Of a stretch of DNA of 64,000 nt, positions 46,648 through 57,267 are shown in pieces. Source of the DNA: an uncultured Oscillospiraceae bacterium (GTDB taxonomy: Bacteria; Bacillota; Clostridia; Oscillospirales; Ruminococcaceae); the NCBI GenBank assembly GCA_934464775.1, contig CAKSKG010000006.1:5545-69544 (forward strand). The letters run 5' to 3'. The notes below the pieces were generated by a model. That model was not told the DNA's origin. It saw only the letters and a list, made by a program, of their open reading frames with translations, and ran no database searches. The position numbers and the translations under genes were made by a program. Position 1 is the first letter of the stretch, and every line of letters starts with the position of its first letter.

Positions 46648-48426
46648 ATGACTATATCTGAAAAACTTGCCGCACTTCGCGAAAAAATGCGGAGAAATCG
46701 CATAGATATGTATTATATCCCCACCGATGACTTCCACGGTTCGGAATATGTCGGCGGATATTTCAAGTGCCGTGAGTATATCAGCGGCTTCACAGGCTCG
46801 GCAGGAAGCGTTGTTATTACGCAGAATTACGCAGGTCTCTGGACCGACGGAAGATATTACATACAGGCTGAAAAGCAGCTTGCAGGCACGGAATATGTTC
46901 TCAACAAGGCAGGCAGTGAGGGTGTTCCCTCCGTTACGGAGTTCATTCTCAAGAATATTGACGGCGGAATCCTCGGCTTTGACGGACGTGTTGTTTCTGC
47001 GGAAATGGCTGAAAAGCTTGCAGATGAGCTTTGCTACAATCACATTAAGGCAAACGTCGATCTTATCGGCGATATCTGGACGGACCGTCCTCCCCTTTCC
47101 ACCGAAAAGGCATATGTTCTGGACGAAAAATATGCAGGCGAATCTGCCGCCAGCAAAATAAAGCGTATCCGTGAGATGATGAAGCAGAAGAAGGCTGATA
47201 TTTTCCTGCTGACTTCCCCCGACGATATCTGCTGGCTGCTGAACATCAGAGGAAACGATATCGACTACAACCCCGTCGTTCTGAGCTACCTGGAAATCTC
47301 CGATGACATGATAATGCTTTTCGCAGACAAATCCAAGCTCTCCGACGAGGTTATCACCGCTCTTGACAAGGTAGATGTTGACATTTATCCTTACGATGAT
47401 TTCTACCGCAGAATATCGGGCATTCCCGAGGGCGTCCGTGTTTATCTTGACAACAGCCGCATAAATTATGCCGTAAAATCTGCGCTGCCCAAGAATCTTT
47501 CGATAATAAACGGTCAGAATCTTACTCTTCTTCCCAAGGCGATAAAGAACAGCACCGAGACCGAAAACATCATCAAGGCACACATCAAGGACGGCGTAGC
47601 TGTCACAAAATTCATCTATGAAATAAAGAATCACCCCGAAAAGTACACCGAGCTTTCCGCCGCAAAGCTTATCATTGATCTCCGCAGCAAGCAGGAGCAT
47701 TACATTGAGGAGAGCTTTGAGCCTATCACAGCTTACGGCGCTCATGCGGCTATCGTTCATTACACCGCCGATGAAGCCAGCGATGTTCAGCTTAAAGCAG
47801 ACGGATTTTTCCTCTGCGACACAGGCGGACATTATCTTGAGGGCACGACCGATGTAACGAGAACTATCTGTCTGGGCAATCCCACCGATGAAATGAAAGC
47901 ACACTACACCGCCGTTCTGAGAGGACATCTTGCCCTTGCCAATGCAAAATTTTTATACGGCTGCCGCGGTGCAAACCTTGACATTCTCGCAAGAGGTCCG
48001 CTGTGGGAACAGTGCCTGAACTACAATCACGGCACAGGTCACGGAGTAGGATACACTCTGAATGTTCACGAGGGCCCCAACGGTATCAGGTGGAAGATCC
48101 CCGACAACGCAAGCAAGGAATGCATCTTTGAAGATGGCATGGTAACCTCCGACGAGCCGGGTCTGTACATTGAGGGCAAGTACGGCATTCGCACGGAAAA
48201 TCTCCTGCTTTGCAGAAACGGCGAAAAGAATGAATACGGCAGATTCATGCATTTTGACAATCTGACCCTTGTTCCCTACGATCCCGACGCAATTGCTCCC
48301 GAGCTGCTCAGTGACAGCGAAAAGAAGAACTACAACACATATCAGCAGCGTGTTTATGACACTGTTTCGCCTTATCTCACCGATGATGAAAAGGCTTGGC
48401 TCAAAAACGAAACACGGGCTATATAA
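46648..48426 (+). CDS. Xaa-Pro aminopeptidase (M24B, aminopeptidase P family, long form)
   Basis: Two creatinase-N-like domains plus an M24 catalytic domain (HGTGHGVG...EPG...R.E). The start is ATG 46648 (preferred, MTISEKLAALREKM) or 46636. Confidence 0.85.
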   Translation: MTISEKLAALREKMRRNRIDMYYIPTDDFHGSEYVGGYFKCREYISGFTGSAGSVVITQNYAGLWTDGRYYIQAEKQLAGTEYVLNKAGSEGVPSVTEFILKNIDGGILGFDGRVVSAEMAEKLADELCYNHIKANVDLIGDIWTDRPPLSTEKAYVLDEKYAGESAASKIKRIREMMKQKKADIFLLTSPDDICWLLNIRGNDIDYNPVVLSYLEISDDMIMLFADKSKLSDEVITALDKVDVDIYPYDDFYRRISGIPEGVRVYLDNSRINYAVKSALPKNLSIINGQNLTLLPKAIKNSTETENIIKAHIKDGVAVTKFIYEIKNHPEKYTELSAAKLIIDLRSKQEHYIEESFEPITAYGAHAAIVHYTADEASDVQLKADGFFLCDTGGHYLEGTTDVTRTICLGNPTDEMKAHYTAVLRGHLALANAKFLYGCRGANLDILARGPLWEQCLNYNHGTGHGVGYTLNVHEGPNGIRWKIPDNASKECIFEDGMVTSDEPGLYIEGKYGIRTENLLLCRNGEKNEYGRFMHFDNLTLVPYDPDAIAPELLSDSEKKNYNTYQQRVYDTVSPYLTDDEKAWLKNETRAI

Positions 48427-48438
48427 CGTTATATCAAC

Positions 48439-48480
48439 AAAAAATCTCCCGAAGATCAATTTCTTCGGGAGATTTTCTTT
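48439..48480. terminator. bidirectional intrinsic terminator
   Basis: AAAATCTCCCGAAG pairs with CTTCGGGAGATTTT, between convergent genes. Confidence 0.85.
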
Positions 48481-48523
48481 TATAAAATGCAGCCTTGATG
48501 TGGATCTTATCTTCTGCCGATTT

Positions 48524-50332
48524 TTACTCATCAAGCTTGAGCACTGCCATAAATGCGTCCTGCGGAACCTCTACAGAACCGAGCTGACGCATACGCTTTT
48601 TACCTTCCTTCTGCTTCTCCAGCAGCTTCTTCTTTCTTGTGATATCACCGCCATAGCACTTTGCAAGCACGTCCTTGCGCATCGCCTTGACAGTCTCTCT
48701 CGCAATGACCTTTCCGCCGATAGCCGCCTGGATAGGAACCTCAAACAGCTGGCGCGGAATATGATCCTTCAGCTTTTCGGCGATCTTTCTCGCCCTTGCA
48801 TAAGCCTTGTCCGCATGGATAATGAACGAAAGTGCGTCCACAACCTCGCCGTTGAGCATAACATCCAGCTTAACAAGCTTTGATGGAACATAGCCCATCA
48901 TCTCATAATCAAAGGAAGCATAACCCTTTGTACGTGATTTCAGCGCATCGAAAAAGTCATAGATAATCTCATTCAGCGGCAGCTCATAATGCAGCTCAAC
49001 ACGGGTCGCATCAAGATATTTCATATCCTTGAAGATGCCTCTGCGCTCCTGACAAAGCTCCATGATATTTCCGACATAATCCGAGGGAGTAAGGATATTC
49101 GCCTTTACCATAGGCTCTTCCGCAGAAGATATCACCGCAGGGTCAGGATATTCGGTAGGATTGGCGATCATCACCGTTTCGCCGTTTGTAAGGTTGACAC
49201 GATAGACAACCGACGGAGCTGTTGTAACAAGATCAAGATTATACTCACGTTCAAGGCGCTCCTGAATGATCTCCATATGGAGAAGTCCCAAAAAGCCGCA
49301 GCGGAAACCGAAGCCCAGCGCTGTCGATGTCTCGGGAGTGAATGAAAGCGATGCGTCATTCAGCTGGAGCTTTTCAAGTGCCTCACGGAGATCGCCGTAG
49401 CGAGCGCCGTCGGCAGGATAAATACCCGAGAACACCATGGGATTAACCTCACGGTAGCCGGGGAGAGCCTCATCGCAGGGATTTTCCGCATCGGTGACTG
49501 TATCGCCAACCTTTGTATCTCCGATAGATTTGATCGAAGCGGCGATATATCCAACCTCGCCTGCTTTCAGCGAACCGTTGTTGACAAGCTCGGTCGCACC
49601 CATATAGCCTGCCTCAACAACGGTAAATTCGGCGCCTGTTGCCATAAGATGGATAGTGCTGCCGATCTTCACCTCGCCGTCCATAACACGGACATAAATT
49701 ATAACGCCCTTATAGGAATCGTAATAGCTGTCGAAAATAAGCGCTTTCAGCGGCTTGTCGGGGTCGCCCTTGGGAGCAGGGATATCGGTAACGACACGCT
49801 CCAGCACCTCATGGATATTGGTGCCCATTTTTGCCGAGATCCTCGGAGCGTCCATTGCGGGGATACCGATAACGTTCTCAACCTCTTCGCACACTCTGTC
49901 AGGCTCGGCAGAGGGCAGGTCTATCTTATTGATAACGGGCATTACCTCAAGATCATGCTCGATCGCAAGATATGTGTTTGCAAGGGTCTGCGCCTCGATG
50001 CCCTGAGATGCGTCAACGATGAGAATAGCTCCCTCGCAGGCAACCAGCGAACGTGACACCTCATAGTTGAAGTCAACATGACCCGGAGTGTCGATCAAAT
50101 TGAATATATATTCCTTGCCGCTGTCGGCAGTATAAAGCAGACGAACGGCACGGGCCTTTATGGTAATTCCTCTTTCGCGCTCGATATCCATATTATCAAG
50201 CAGCTGATCCTCCATATCACGCTTTGCAACGGTAGAGGTCTGCTCAAGGATTCGGTCGGCAAGAGTCGATTTGCCGTGGTCGATATGAGCGATAATACAG
50301 AAATTGCGTATATTGTCCTGATTATATGACAA
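48524..50332 (-). CDS. lepA: translation elongation factor 4
   Basis: 602 aa. [20 protein letters not shown] and the LepA-specific C-terminus. Confidence 0.95.
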   Translation of the reverse strand: MSYNQDNIRNFCIIAHIDHGKSTLADRILEQTSTVAKRDMEDQLLDNMDIERERGITIKARAVRLLYTADSGKEYIFNLIDTPGHVDFNYEVSRSLVACEGAILIVDASQGIEAQTLANTYLAIEHDLEVMPVINKIDLPSAEPDRVCEEVENVIGIPAMDAPRISAKMGTNIHEVLERVVTDIPAPKGDPDKPLKALIFDSYYDSYKGVIIYVRVMDGEVKIGSTIHLMATGAEFTVVEAGYMGATELVNNGSLKAGEVGYIAASIKSIGDTKVGDTVTDAENPCDEALPGYREVNPMVFSGIYPADGARYGDLREALEKLQLNDASLSFTPETSTALGFGFRCGFLGLLHMEIIQERLEREYNLDLVTTAPSVVYRVNLTNGETVMIANPTEYPDPAVISSAEEPMVKANILTPSDYVGNIMELCQERRGIFKDMKYLDATRVELHYELPLNEIIYDFFDALKSRTKGYASFDYEMMGYVPSKLVKLDVMLNGEVVDALSFIIHADKAYARARKIAEKLKDHIPRQLFEVPIQAAIGGKVIARETVKAMRKDVLAKCYGGDITRKKKLLEKQKEGKKRMRQLGSVEVPQDAFMAVLKLDE

Positions 50333-50459
50333 AAGATCACTTCCTTATATTTATACAGATACAAATTTATTATAGCATGAAAATGCCGTTTTGTAAATGT
50401 TTTTTTCGCAAATTGCGGCAATATTTGTAGTGTGACAATAAATGTAAGACCAAAGGAAC

Positions 50460-50735
50460 AGAGTAAATAAATCTTTTGCTCGAAGCTTCTTTAATAACAG
50501 TATATTGAAAAAACTTTTCATCATTATTTCCCGGATAACAAGCTGCGGGCACATATTTTACGTCAAGCTGCTGCTTTTCACCGATTTCCTTGGGTGTATC
50601 ATATTTGCCAAGGTGTCTGCTTTTCTTTTGGGTTGATTCGACCTTTTTGCGAAATCCAATACGGACAAATATACGATAAAGCTTAAGCTTGATGAACTTT
50701 CTCCTATCAAATACAGATACAGAGCTGCATAACAA
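50460..50735 (-). pseudogene. remnant of a DDE (rve/integrase-core) transposase gene
   Basis: Only about 75 codons look real: LYRIFVRIGFRKKVESTQKKSRHLGKYDTPKEIGEKQQLDVKYVPAACYPGNNDEKFFQYTVIKEASSKRFIYS. This matches the segment leading into the first catalytic Asp of Clostridial IS transposases. The flanks are frame-broken and AT-rich, with no inverted repeats seen. Confidence 0.5.
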
Positions 50736-50762
50736 AAGCGACCAAAATCACTTTCGGTCGCC
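50731..50762 (-). terminator. probable intrinsic terminator of mutS2
   Basis: GCGACC pairs with GGTCGC on the minus strand, followed by TTTTGTT. Confidence 0.45.
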
Positions 50763-50840
50763 TTGTATATTTTTTCTTGATAACTTTGTCTGACTTTTGG
50801 GGTCAATGCAAAGCACCGATGTTTTTTTATGCGATAAATT

Positions 50841-53231
50841 TTATTTCAGCTCAACGATCGTTACGCCCTCTTCGCCCTCGCCGAAAACGCCGTTTCTGAA
50901 CGATTTGACGGAGGGGTGGGTTTTAAGGTGACGCTGAATGCCGTTTCTGAGCACTCCCGTACCCTTGCCGTGGATTATCGTAACAATTCCCGCATGGCAC
51001 ATCACCGCATTGTCAAGGAACGCATCAACTTCAAGAATGCCATCGTCCACCGCATGACCTCTTATATCAAGCTCCAGCTTGGGACGGCGGTCAGCCTTTA
51101 TCTTTGAAGCATTTCCTCTTGCAGGGGACACCTTCGGCTTATTGTATGTGACCTTGGGCGCCTCTATCAGTCGGAGATTGCTTACGTTTGTCTTGGTTTT
51201 CATGATGCCTGCCTGAACATATACATTGCCGTTGCTGTCGGGATCGGAAGCAAGTATTCCCTTTTTGTCTATATCAAAGATAAGCACATTATCTCCCCTC
51301 TTGTATGGACGGGGCGGCTTGTATTCTTTCTTTTCAACGGGACGGACAGGGTTTGCTTCACGGTACATTTTATCAAGCGCAGATCTGCTCTTTGACTTTG
51401 CGCCTGCCGCAGCCTGATCGAAGCCCTGCTTGTTTTTCTCCCTGCGTATTTCAGCCAGCTCGTCCAGCAGCTTGTCCGATTCCGCACGGCAGTTTTCCAC
51501 GATTCGCATTGCCTGAATGCGAGCCTTTTCAAATTCGGTGTCCTTTGAAGCATTGAATTTTTCCTTTTCGGCTTCAAGCTCCTCGGTCATGCGCTTATGC
51601 TCTTCTTTAAGGCGGCGCACCTCTTCATTCAGCTTATCATACTCACGTCTGGAATTTTCCAGCTGCTCAACGACCTCTTCAAAGCGGCGGTTATCATCGG
51701 AAACGATAGCCTTTGCATTTTCAATGATATGCTCCGAAAGACCCAGCTTTGCGGAAATTGAAAACGCATTGGATTTTCCGGGAGCGCCGATTATCAGCTT
51801 ATAGGTAGGCTGCATCGTTGAAACATCAAATTCGCAGGAACCGTTTTCCGTGCGCTCCGTTTCGATAGCATACATTTTCAGCTCCTGATAATGTGTTGTC
51901 ACCATGAGCTTTGCTCCGCAGGAACGGAGATCGTTTATTATGGCAATTGCCAGCGCAGCACCCTCAACGGGGTCTGTTCCCGAACCAAGCTCGTCCAGCA
52001 GGATAAGGGAACGGTCATCGGCTTTGCGGCATATCTCAACTGTATTGCTTATATGGGACGAGAACGTTGAAAGATCGTTCTCGATGCTCTGCATATCGCC
52101 GATATCCACAAGAATATTGTCAAATACGGATATCCTGCTGCCGTCGGCGGCAGGTATCATAAGTCCGCACATTGTCATTGCCGTAAGCAGACCTACCGTT
52201 TTCAGCAGAACTGTCTTACCGCCCGTATTCGGACCCGTAACGATCAGCGAATCATAATCAAAGCCGAGGCTGATATCCACGGGAACAACCTTTGCACCGT
52301 CGATAAGAGGGTGACGGGCACGCTTCAGCTCTATCTTTCCGTCATCGGAAATTATCGGCTCGGAGGCTCTCATCTTTGCGGCAAGATTTGATTTTGCAAA
52401 ATAAAGATTTATCTCGGCGCAGGTGTCGTAATCACGGCAGAGCGCATCGGCATATGTGCCGCATTCCATGGACATCTCCGCAATGATCCTTTCGATCTCC
52501 TCCTGCTCCCTGTCTTTAAGTATGCGGATATCGTTGTTTGCCTCAACTACCGAAACAGGCTCGATAAACAGCGTTGATCCGCTGGCGGAGGAAGCATGGA
52601 CGATGCCCGGAACATTTCCCTTATGCTCCGCCTTTACGGGCAGAACGAATCGTCCGTCACGGATAGTAACTATGCTTTCCTGAAGCGATTTCTGCACATC
52701 GGAGGAGCGCACCATTTTGTCAAGGCTCTCTCTTATCCTTATGCCTGCACGTGCAATCTTTCTTCTTATATCCGCAAGCTCGGAGCTTGCAAGATCGGAT
52801 ATCTCCTCTTCGGAGATTATGGATTCGGTGATGCGCTTTTCAAGCTGCTTGTTGGGCGAAAGCGAAGTGAAAAGATATTCCAGTGAGCTGCCCTCCGTCT
52901 CCTCGCCGCAGGAGGAGAACCATTCATCAAGCATGGTGATCTGCCTTAAAAGCTGCGCTATATCCAGCAGCTCTCTGAGGGAAAGGCTTGCACCCGACTG
53001 GGCTCTTCTGAGTGAACCTCTTACGTCCTTGAAGCCGTTAAAGCCCGGATTTCCGTTCTTTACGGAAAGATTGAATGCGTCAACTGTCTTGCGCATTTCA
53101 TTTTTTACCTTGTCAAGATCCGAAACAGGCTCAAGGGCACGTATCATTTCACGTGTCCTGTCGTTTGAAGCCTCCGATTCCAGATCGGCAAGTATTTTAT
53201 GTAATTCAAGTGTTTTAAAATATTTATTCAT
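50841..53231 (-). CDS. mutS2: endonuclease MutS2 (MutS-family ATPase with a C-terminal Smr domain)
   Basis: 796 aa. GPNTGGKTV Walker A, LLDELGSGTDP, and a C-terminal Smr region (LDIRGH...TIIHGKGTGVLR). Confidence 0.95.
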   Translation of the reverse strand: MNKYFKTLELHKILADLESEASNDRTREMIRALEPVSDLDKVKNEMRKTVDAFNLSVKNGNPGFNGFKDVRGSLRRAQSGASLSLRELLDIAQLLRQITMLDEWFSSCGEETEGSSLEYLFTSLSPNKQLEKRITESIISEEEISDLASSELADIRRKIARAGIRIRESLDKMVRSSDVQKSLQESIVTIRDGRFVLPVKAEHKGNVPGIVHASSASGSTLFIEPVSVVEANNDIRILKDREQEEIERIIAEMSMECGTYADALCRDYDTCAEINLYFAKSNLAAKMRASEPIISDDGKIELKRARHPLIDGAKVVPVDISLGFDYDSLIVTGPNTGGKTVLLKTVGLLTAMTMCGLMIPAADGSRISVFDNILVDIGDMQSIENDLSTFSSHISNTVEICRKADDRSLILLDELGSGTDPVEGAALAIAIINDLRSCGAKLMVTTHYQELKMYAIETERTENGSCEFDVSTMQPTYKLIIGAPGKSNAFSISAKLGLSEHIIENAKAIVSDDNRRFEEVVEQLENSRREYDKLNEEVRRLKEEHKRMTEELEAEKEKFNASKDTEFEKARIQAMRIVENCRAESDKLLDELAEIRREKNKQGFDQAAAGAKSKSRSALDKMYREANPVRPVEKKEYKPPRPYKRGDNVLIFDIDKKGILASDPDSNGNVYVQAGIMKTKTNVSNLRLIEAPKVTYNKPKVSPARGNASKIKADRRPKLELDIRGHAVDDGILEVDAFLDNAVMCHAGIVTIIHGKGTGVLRNGIQRHLKTHPSVKSFRNGVFGEGEEGVTIVELK

Positions 53232-53252
53232 GTTTCATGTCCTCATAATGTG

Positions 53253-54017
53253 TTACACGGACAGATAAAAATCCAGCGTTGAAAATTTATGCTGCAAATG
53301 CTCCAGCAGATAACGCTGCGCTATCTGACCGAAAGCAGTAAGTGTGTCCCCTTTCAGACGAAACGCAAAAAGCTTTTCCATGTCGGAAAGACAGACCAGT
53401 CTTATTATATGAAGCATAGATTCAGACAGTGCAGCCGACTTTGGATATATGCTCTGATCGTATATCTCGCTGTCGGGATCGTAATGCTCCGAACAGAGCA
53501 GCCTGCCGTCATTATAGAAAAAATACATCACCTCATCGGTGAATTTAAGGCATTCCGCACAGCCCAGCAGCTGCGGAGAATGTCCTATGCAGCAGGCAAA
53601 CCTAAGCTCGAATACCGCTTTCAGCTGTCCGCAGGAAATATCGCTCTCGGACAAAAAATAAAAGGTGTTCAGCAGCAGCCGCATTGTTTCCTCCGAGGGC
53701 TGGAGCGCCATTACGGCATATCTCACCAGATCGGCAAGATATGACGCAAGAGCCACTTTTTTTATGTCCGAACGAATGCCGTAGAAAATATTCACAGGCT
53801 CGCTGCTGTTAAGATAATATCTTCCGCCCCGCTCGTTGAAGCAGAATGACGCATATGCAAACAGCTGCGTTGACGCATTGTTCTTGCTGTTTATCTTTCT
53901 TGCGCCTTTGGCAAGGATATCTATAACACCCAGCTTGTCGGTGATGATGCTGATGCTTCTGTCACTTTCCCCGACCTCTCTGGACGATATCACTATCCCC
54001 CGAGTCGTTATAAGCAT
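53253..54017 (-). CDS. recO: DNA repair protein RecO
   Basis: 254 aa. N-terminal OB-fold pattern TRGIVISSREVGESDRSISIIT and a Cys-rich zinc region C..C. Confidence 0.85.
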   Translation of the reverse strand: MLITTRGIVISSREVGESDRSISIITDKLGVIDILAKGARKINSKNNASTQLFAYASFCFNERGGRYYLNSSEPVNIFYGIRSDIKKVALASYLADLVRYAVMALQPSEETMRLLLNTFYFLSESDISCGQLKAVFELRFACCIGHSPQLLGCAECLKFTDEVMYFFYNDGRLLCSEHYDPDSEIYDQSIYPKSAALSESMLHIIRLVCLSDMEKLFAFRLKGDTLTAFGQIAQRYLLEHLQHKFSTLDFYLSV

Positions 54018-54138
54018 TTCTTTCTTCTCCCTTTACATTGGAAAAAGTCTTGAAGTTAACACCCTTGTAGTCAAGGTAATCCGATATACGTCCGCTGTTT
54101 TCAAATCTGTCCCATTTGATATCACAGGTCTCGATCAT
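53962..54138 (-). CDS. YqzL-like small protein (58 aa)
   Basis: Not in the ORF track. ATG at 54138 lies 8 nt after GGAGG. Translation MIETCDIKWDRFENSGRISDYLDYKGVNFKTF... has the W-x2-F-x3-G-x3-YL-x-YK pattern of YqzL and sits in the conserved era-yqzL-recO position. Its 3' end overlaps recO by 56 nt. Confidence 0.6.
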   Translation of the reverse strand: MIETCDIKWDRFENSGRISDYLDYKGVNFKTFSNVKGEERNAYNDSGDSDIVQRGRGK

Positions 54139-54189
54139 AATACATTCCTCCTGACAAGGCTTGTATTATAATTATGCCCTCATTCTTCT

Positions 54190-55107
54190 TTATTTATCAG
54201 AGGAATTATTTGATAAACCGAAATTTCTGATAAATCCCTCTCTGTTTCTCCAGTCCTCCTTGACCTTTACCCAGAGCTGGAGATTTACTTTTATTCGGAA
54301 AAAGTTTTCAAGATCCTCTCTTGCAAGCTTTCCTATTTTATTAAGCATAGCTCCCTTTTTGCCGATTATCATGCCCTTGTGGGAATCCCTCTCGCAGAAT
54401 ATAACTGCGTCCACATCAAGGATATCATCGCCGCTTGCAGCGGTTCTTTCGGACATTTTCTCAACTGTTACGGCAATTCCGTGAGGGACCTCCTCATAGA
54501 GCAGCTGCAACATCTTCTCACGTATCATTTCAGCCGCAAGAACTCTTTCGGGCTGATCGGTGAGCTTGTCGTCGGGGTAATAGTGAGGTCCCTCAACGGC
54601 ATACTTTGCTATTTCTTCCTTTACGATATCCACGCCGTCATTTTCAAGAACGCTGACGGGAACAATGGAAGCAAAATCATACATTGATGAAAATTTTGCT
54701 ATCTGAACGGCGATCTCCTCCTTGCTGTCAACAAGGTCGATCTTGTTCAGCGCAAGTATAACGGGAGTTTTTGAATGCCTGAAGCTTTCAAGCAGATGTA
54801 TCTCGGATTCCATTGTCTTTCTTGTAACGTCCGCAACAAATACGGCGCAGTCCACACCTGCGATAGAATCCTTTACCGCCTTGTTCATATGCTCGCCCAG
54901 CTTGTTTCTTGCTTTCTGAACACCGGGGGTATCAATAAACACATACTGAAGCTCTCCCTCGGTGAGAACTCCCGTGATCTTTGTACGTGTTGTCTGGGGC
55001 TTGTCGCTTACCATAGCGATCTTTTCGCCCACAAAGGCATTCAGCAGCGATGATTTTCCTGCATTTGCCTTGCCTGTTATTGTAACAAATACTGTTTTTG
55101 ATGACAT
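54190..55107 (-). CDS. era: GTPase Era
   Basis: 305 aa. GKANAGKSSLLN, DTPG, NKID, and a C-terminal KH domain. Confidence 0.95.
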   Translation of the reverse strand: MSSKTVFVTITGKANAGKSSLLNAFVGEKIAMVSDKPQTTRTKITGVLTEGELQYVFIDTPGVQKARNKLGEHMNKAVKDSIAGVDCAVFVADVTRKTMESEIHLLESFRHSKTPVILALNKIDLVDSKEEIAVQIAKFSSMYDFASIVPVSVLENDGVDIVKEEIAKYAVEGPHYYPDDKLTDQPERVLAAEMIREKMLQLLYEEVPHGIAVTVEKMSERTAASGDDILDVDAVIFCERDSHKGMIIGKKGAMLNKIGKLAREDLENFFRIKVNLQLWVKVKEDWRNREGFIRNFGLSNNSSDK

Positions 55108-55122
55108 ATCGTTAAGTCCTTT

Positions 55123-55587
55123 CTATGACCTCTTTATCCCGAAAATAAAATATATGCATATAAAAATATAGACGATACCTGCTGCGATCCTCGTCGGAAC
55201 GGCGGCAAACCACTCCGCTATCTCCCCGAGCACGCCGATATCGCCGAAAAGAAAAATTCCTGCCGCAGCCGCTCCCACAGCCGTTATCAGCACAGCTCCC
55301 GCAGCGCAGTCCTTTGCGGCAGCCGCAAGAGGCTTTTTTTCGGCGGTCACAAGATCAACCGCACTTTCAACAGCCGTATTCACAGCCTCCGCAGCCATAA
55401 CAGCCGCTATTATCACCGCCAGCAGGGCATACTCTCCCCTGTCAAGCCGATAAAACCGTGAAATGAATATCACCGTCACCGCCGCACAGATATGGAACCT
55501 CATGTTCCGCTGAGTCTTAACGCAGTGGGCTATTCCCTTTGCCGCATATCCAAAGCCTTTCAGAAAGCCGATAAAGCTGTCACTCAT
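55123..55587 (-). CDS. dgkA: diacylglycerol/undecaprenol kinase (DgkA family)
   Basis: GFGYAAKGI...NMRFH...AVIIAAVMAAEAVNTAVESAVD pattern. ATG at 55587 overlaps the ybeY stop. Confidence 0.8.
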   Translation of the reverse strand: MSDSFIGFLKGFGYAAKGIAHCVKTQRNMRFHICAAVTVIFISRFYRLDRGEYALLAVIIAAVMAAEAVNTAVESAVDLVTAEKKPLAAAAKDCAAGAVLITAVGAAAAGIFLFGDIGVLGEIAEWFAAVPTRIAAGIVYIFICIYFIFGIKRS

Positions 55588-56086
55588 CGCTTTCCTGCGC
55601 CACAAATGTCGAATCTCTGGAAATACCTATCTCGCTGAGTATCTCCTCTTCCTTTTCACGCATTATAGCTGCGTCAAGGGGCGATGTTTCATGGTCGTAG
55701 CCCAGCAGATGAAGCATTGAATGGACCGTAAGGAAGCCCACCTCACGCTCCAGCGAATGACCGTACATATACGCCTGCTTTACGGCAGTTTCCATGGAAA
55801 TGACCACATCACCCAGAAGCTTTGCGCCTGTTTCGCAGTTCACATCATAAACTCCGTTCTCGCCAAGAGGAAATGACAGCACATCGGTGGACTTGTCCTT
55901 GTTGCGGAAAGTCCTGTTCAGCTTGCGTATCTCCTCATTATCCACGAATGATACGCTTACCTCTGCATCGCCGTCGAATTTCTCATAGGTCAGAACTGCC
56001 TGACAGCACTTTCTCACCAGCAGTCTGAGTCCCACAGGTGGCTTGACCTTGCGCTGATTATTGCGGATATATACTTTCAGTTTCAT
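55580..56086 (-). CDS. ybeY: rRNA maturation endoribonuclease YbeY
   Basis: 168 aa. Zinc motif HSMLHLLGYDH. Confidence 0.95.
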   Translation of the reverse strand: MKLKVYIRNNQRKVKPPVGLRLLVRKCCQAVLTYEKFDGDAEVSVSFVDNEEIRKLNRTFRNKDKSTDVLSFPLGENGVYDVNCETGAKLLGDVVISMETAVKQAYMYGHSLEREVGFLTVHSMLHLLGYDHETSPLDAAIMREKEEEILSEIGISRDSTFVAQESDE

Positions 56087-56135
56087 CTTACATCGTTCCT
56101 TTCAATGTACAGCCGCTTCCCGACTGCACCGAAAT

Positions 56136-57131
56136 TTATTTTCCTTTTCTTTCATTTTCACTGTATGCTTTTTCATACGCCTTGATGATATCCTGCACAA
56201 GCTTATGACGCACAACGTCCTTTTCGGTAAATCTTGTGATCGCAATATCTTCAACGTTTTTAAGTACCCTCATAGCGTCAACAAGACCCGATTTATGCGC
56301 ATCGGGCAGGTCTATCTGAGTGATATCTCCCGTAATGACCATTTTGCTGTTGAAGCCGAGACGTGTAAGGAACATTTTTATCTGCTCACGGGTAGTATTC
56401 TGAGCTTCATCAAGGATAATGAACGCATCGTCCAGAGTACGTCCTCTCATGTATGCAAGCGGAGCAACCTCGATGCTTCCCCTCTCCATATAGCGTGCAA
56501 AGCTTTCCGCACCGAACATATCATAAAGCGCATCATAAAGAGGGCGGAGATACGGGTCTACCTTATTCTGGAGATCGCCGGGAAGAAATCCCAGCTTTTC
56601 ACCCGCCTCAACGGCGGGACGTGTAAGTATTATCTTTGTTACCTCATGGTTCCTGAAAGCCCTGACAGCCATTGCCACCGCAAGATATGTTTTTCCAGTT
56701 CCCGCAGGTCCTACGCCCATGACGATAGTGTTTTTCTTGATCGCTTCGATATATTTTTTCTGACCGAGAGTTTTTGCCTTGACGGTCTTGCCCGAGGTGG
56801 TGACGCATATTCCTCCGTCGGACAGCGCCGCCGCTTCATGCTCAATTCCGTCGTCCACCAGCGAGCATACATATCTTATGCTCTGCTCATTCACGGCTTC
56901 GCCCTTGCCTATCATTTCCAGCAGCGCACGTACAGCCGCAGCGGCACGCTCCGCATTTTCGGCAGGTCCGCTTATCTTGATCTCTGTTCCCCTGTTAAAT
57001 ACCGCAACATTATACTGCCGCTGTATAAAATTGACATTTTCGTCATAGCTGCCGAAAAGGGCTATGATATTCTCCATGCTGTCAACATTTATAATAATTT
57101 CCGCATTTGTATTCTCTGTATTATCCATCAT
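56136..57131 (-). CDS. phoH: PhoH-family ATPase
   Basis: GPAGTGKTYLAVAMAV Walker A, ...ILDEAQN.... The start is taken at the ATG pair 57128/57131 after GGAG rather than at 57194. Confidence 0.9.
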   Translation of the reverse strand: MMDNTENTNAEIIINVDSMENIIALFGSYDENVNFIQRQYNVAVFNRGTEIKISGPAENAERAAAAVRALLEMIGKGEAVNEQSIRYVCSLVDDGIEHEAAALSDGGICVTTSGKTVKAKTLGQKKYIEAIKKNTIVMGVGPAGTGKTYLAVAMAVRAFRNHEVTKIILTRPAVEAGEKLGFLPGDLQNKVDPYLRPLYDALYDMFGAESFARYMERGSIEVAPLAYMRGRTLDDAFIILDEAQNTTREQIKMFLTRLGFNSKMVITGDITQIDLPDAHKSGLVDAMRVLKNVEDIAITRFTEKDVVRHKLVQDIIKAYEKAYSENERKGK

Positions 57132-57267
57132 CTGCTCCAATCCGCCGTGTGACGGCAAAGTATCGGCATATATATAATATATTATAACACGCATATCAAA
57201 AAAAATAAAGCGTTTACATTGATTTTATTCAGGATATTAACATTTTTTTTACACAAAACGTATATTT

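Noticed and set aside
50370-50806. ORF-track entries 50370..50735(-), 50558..50806(-) and 50351..50554(-) as intact genes.
   Set aside because: Only an internal ~75-codon stretch resembles a transposase. The remainder is frame-shifted AT-rich sequence without starts or RBSs, so the region is treated as a pseudogene remnant.
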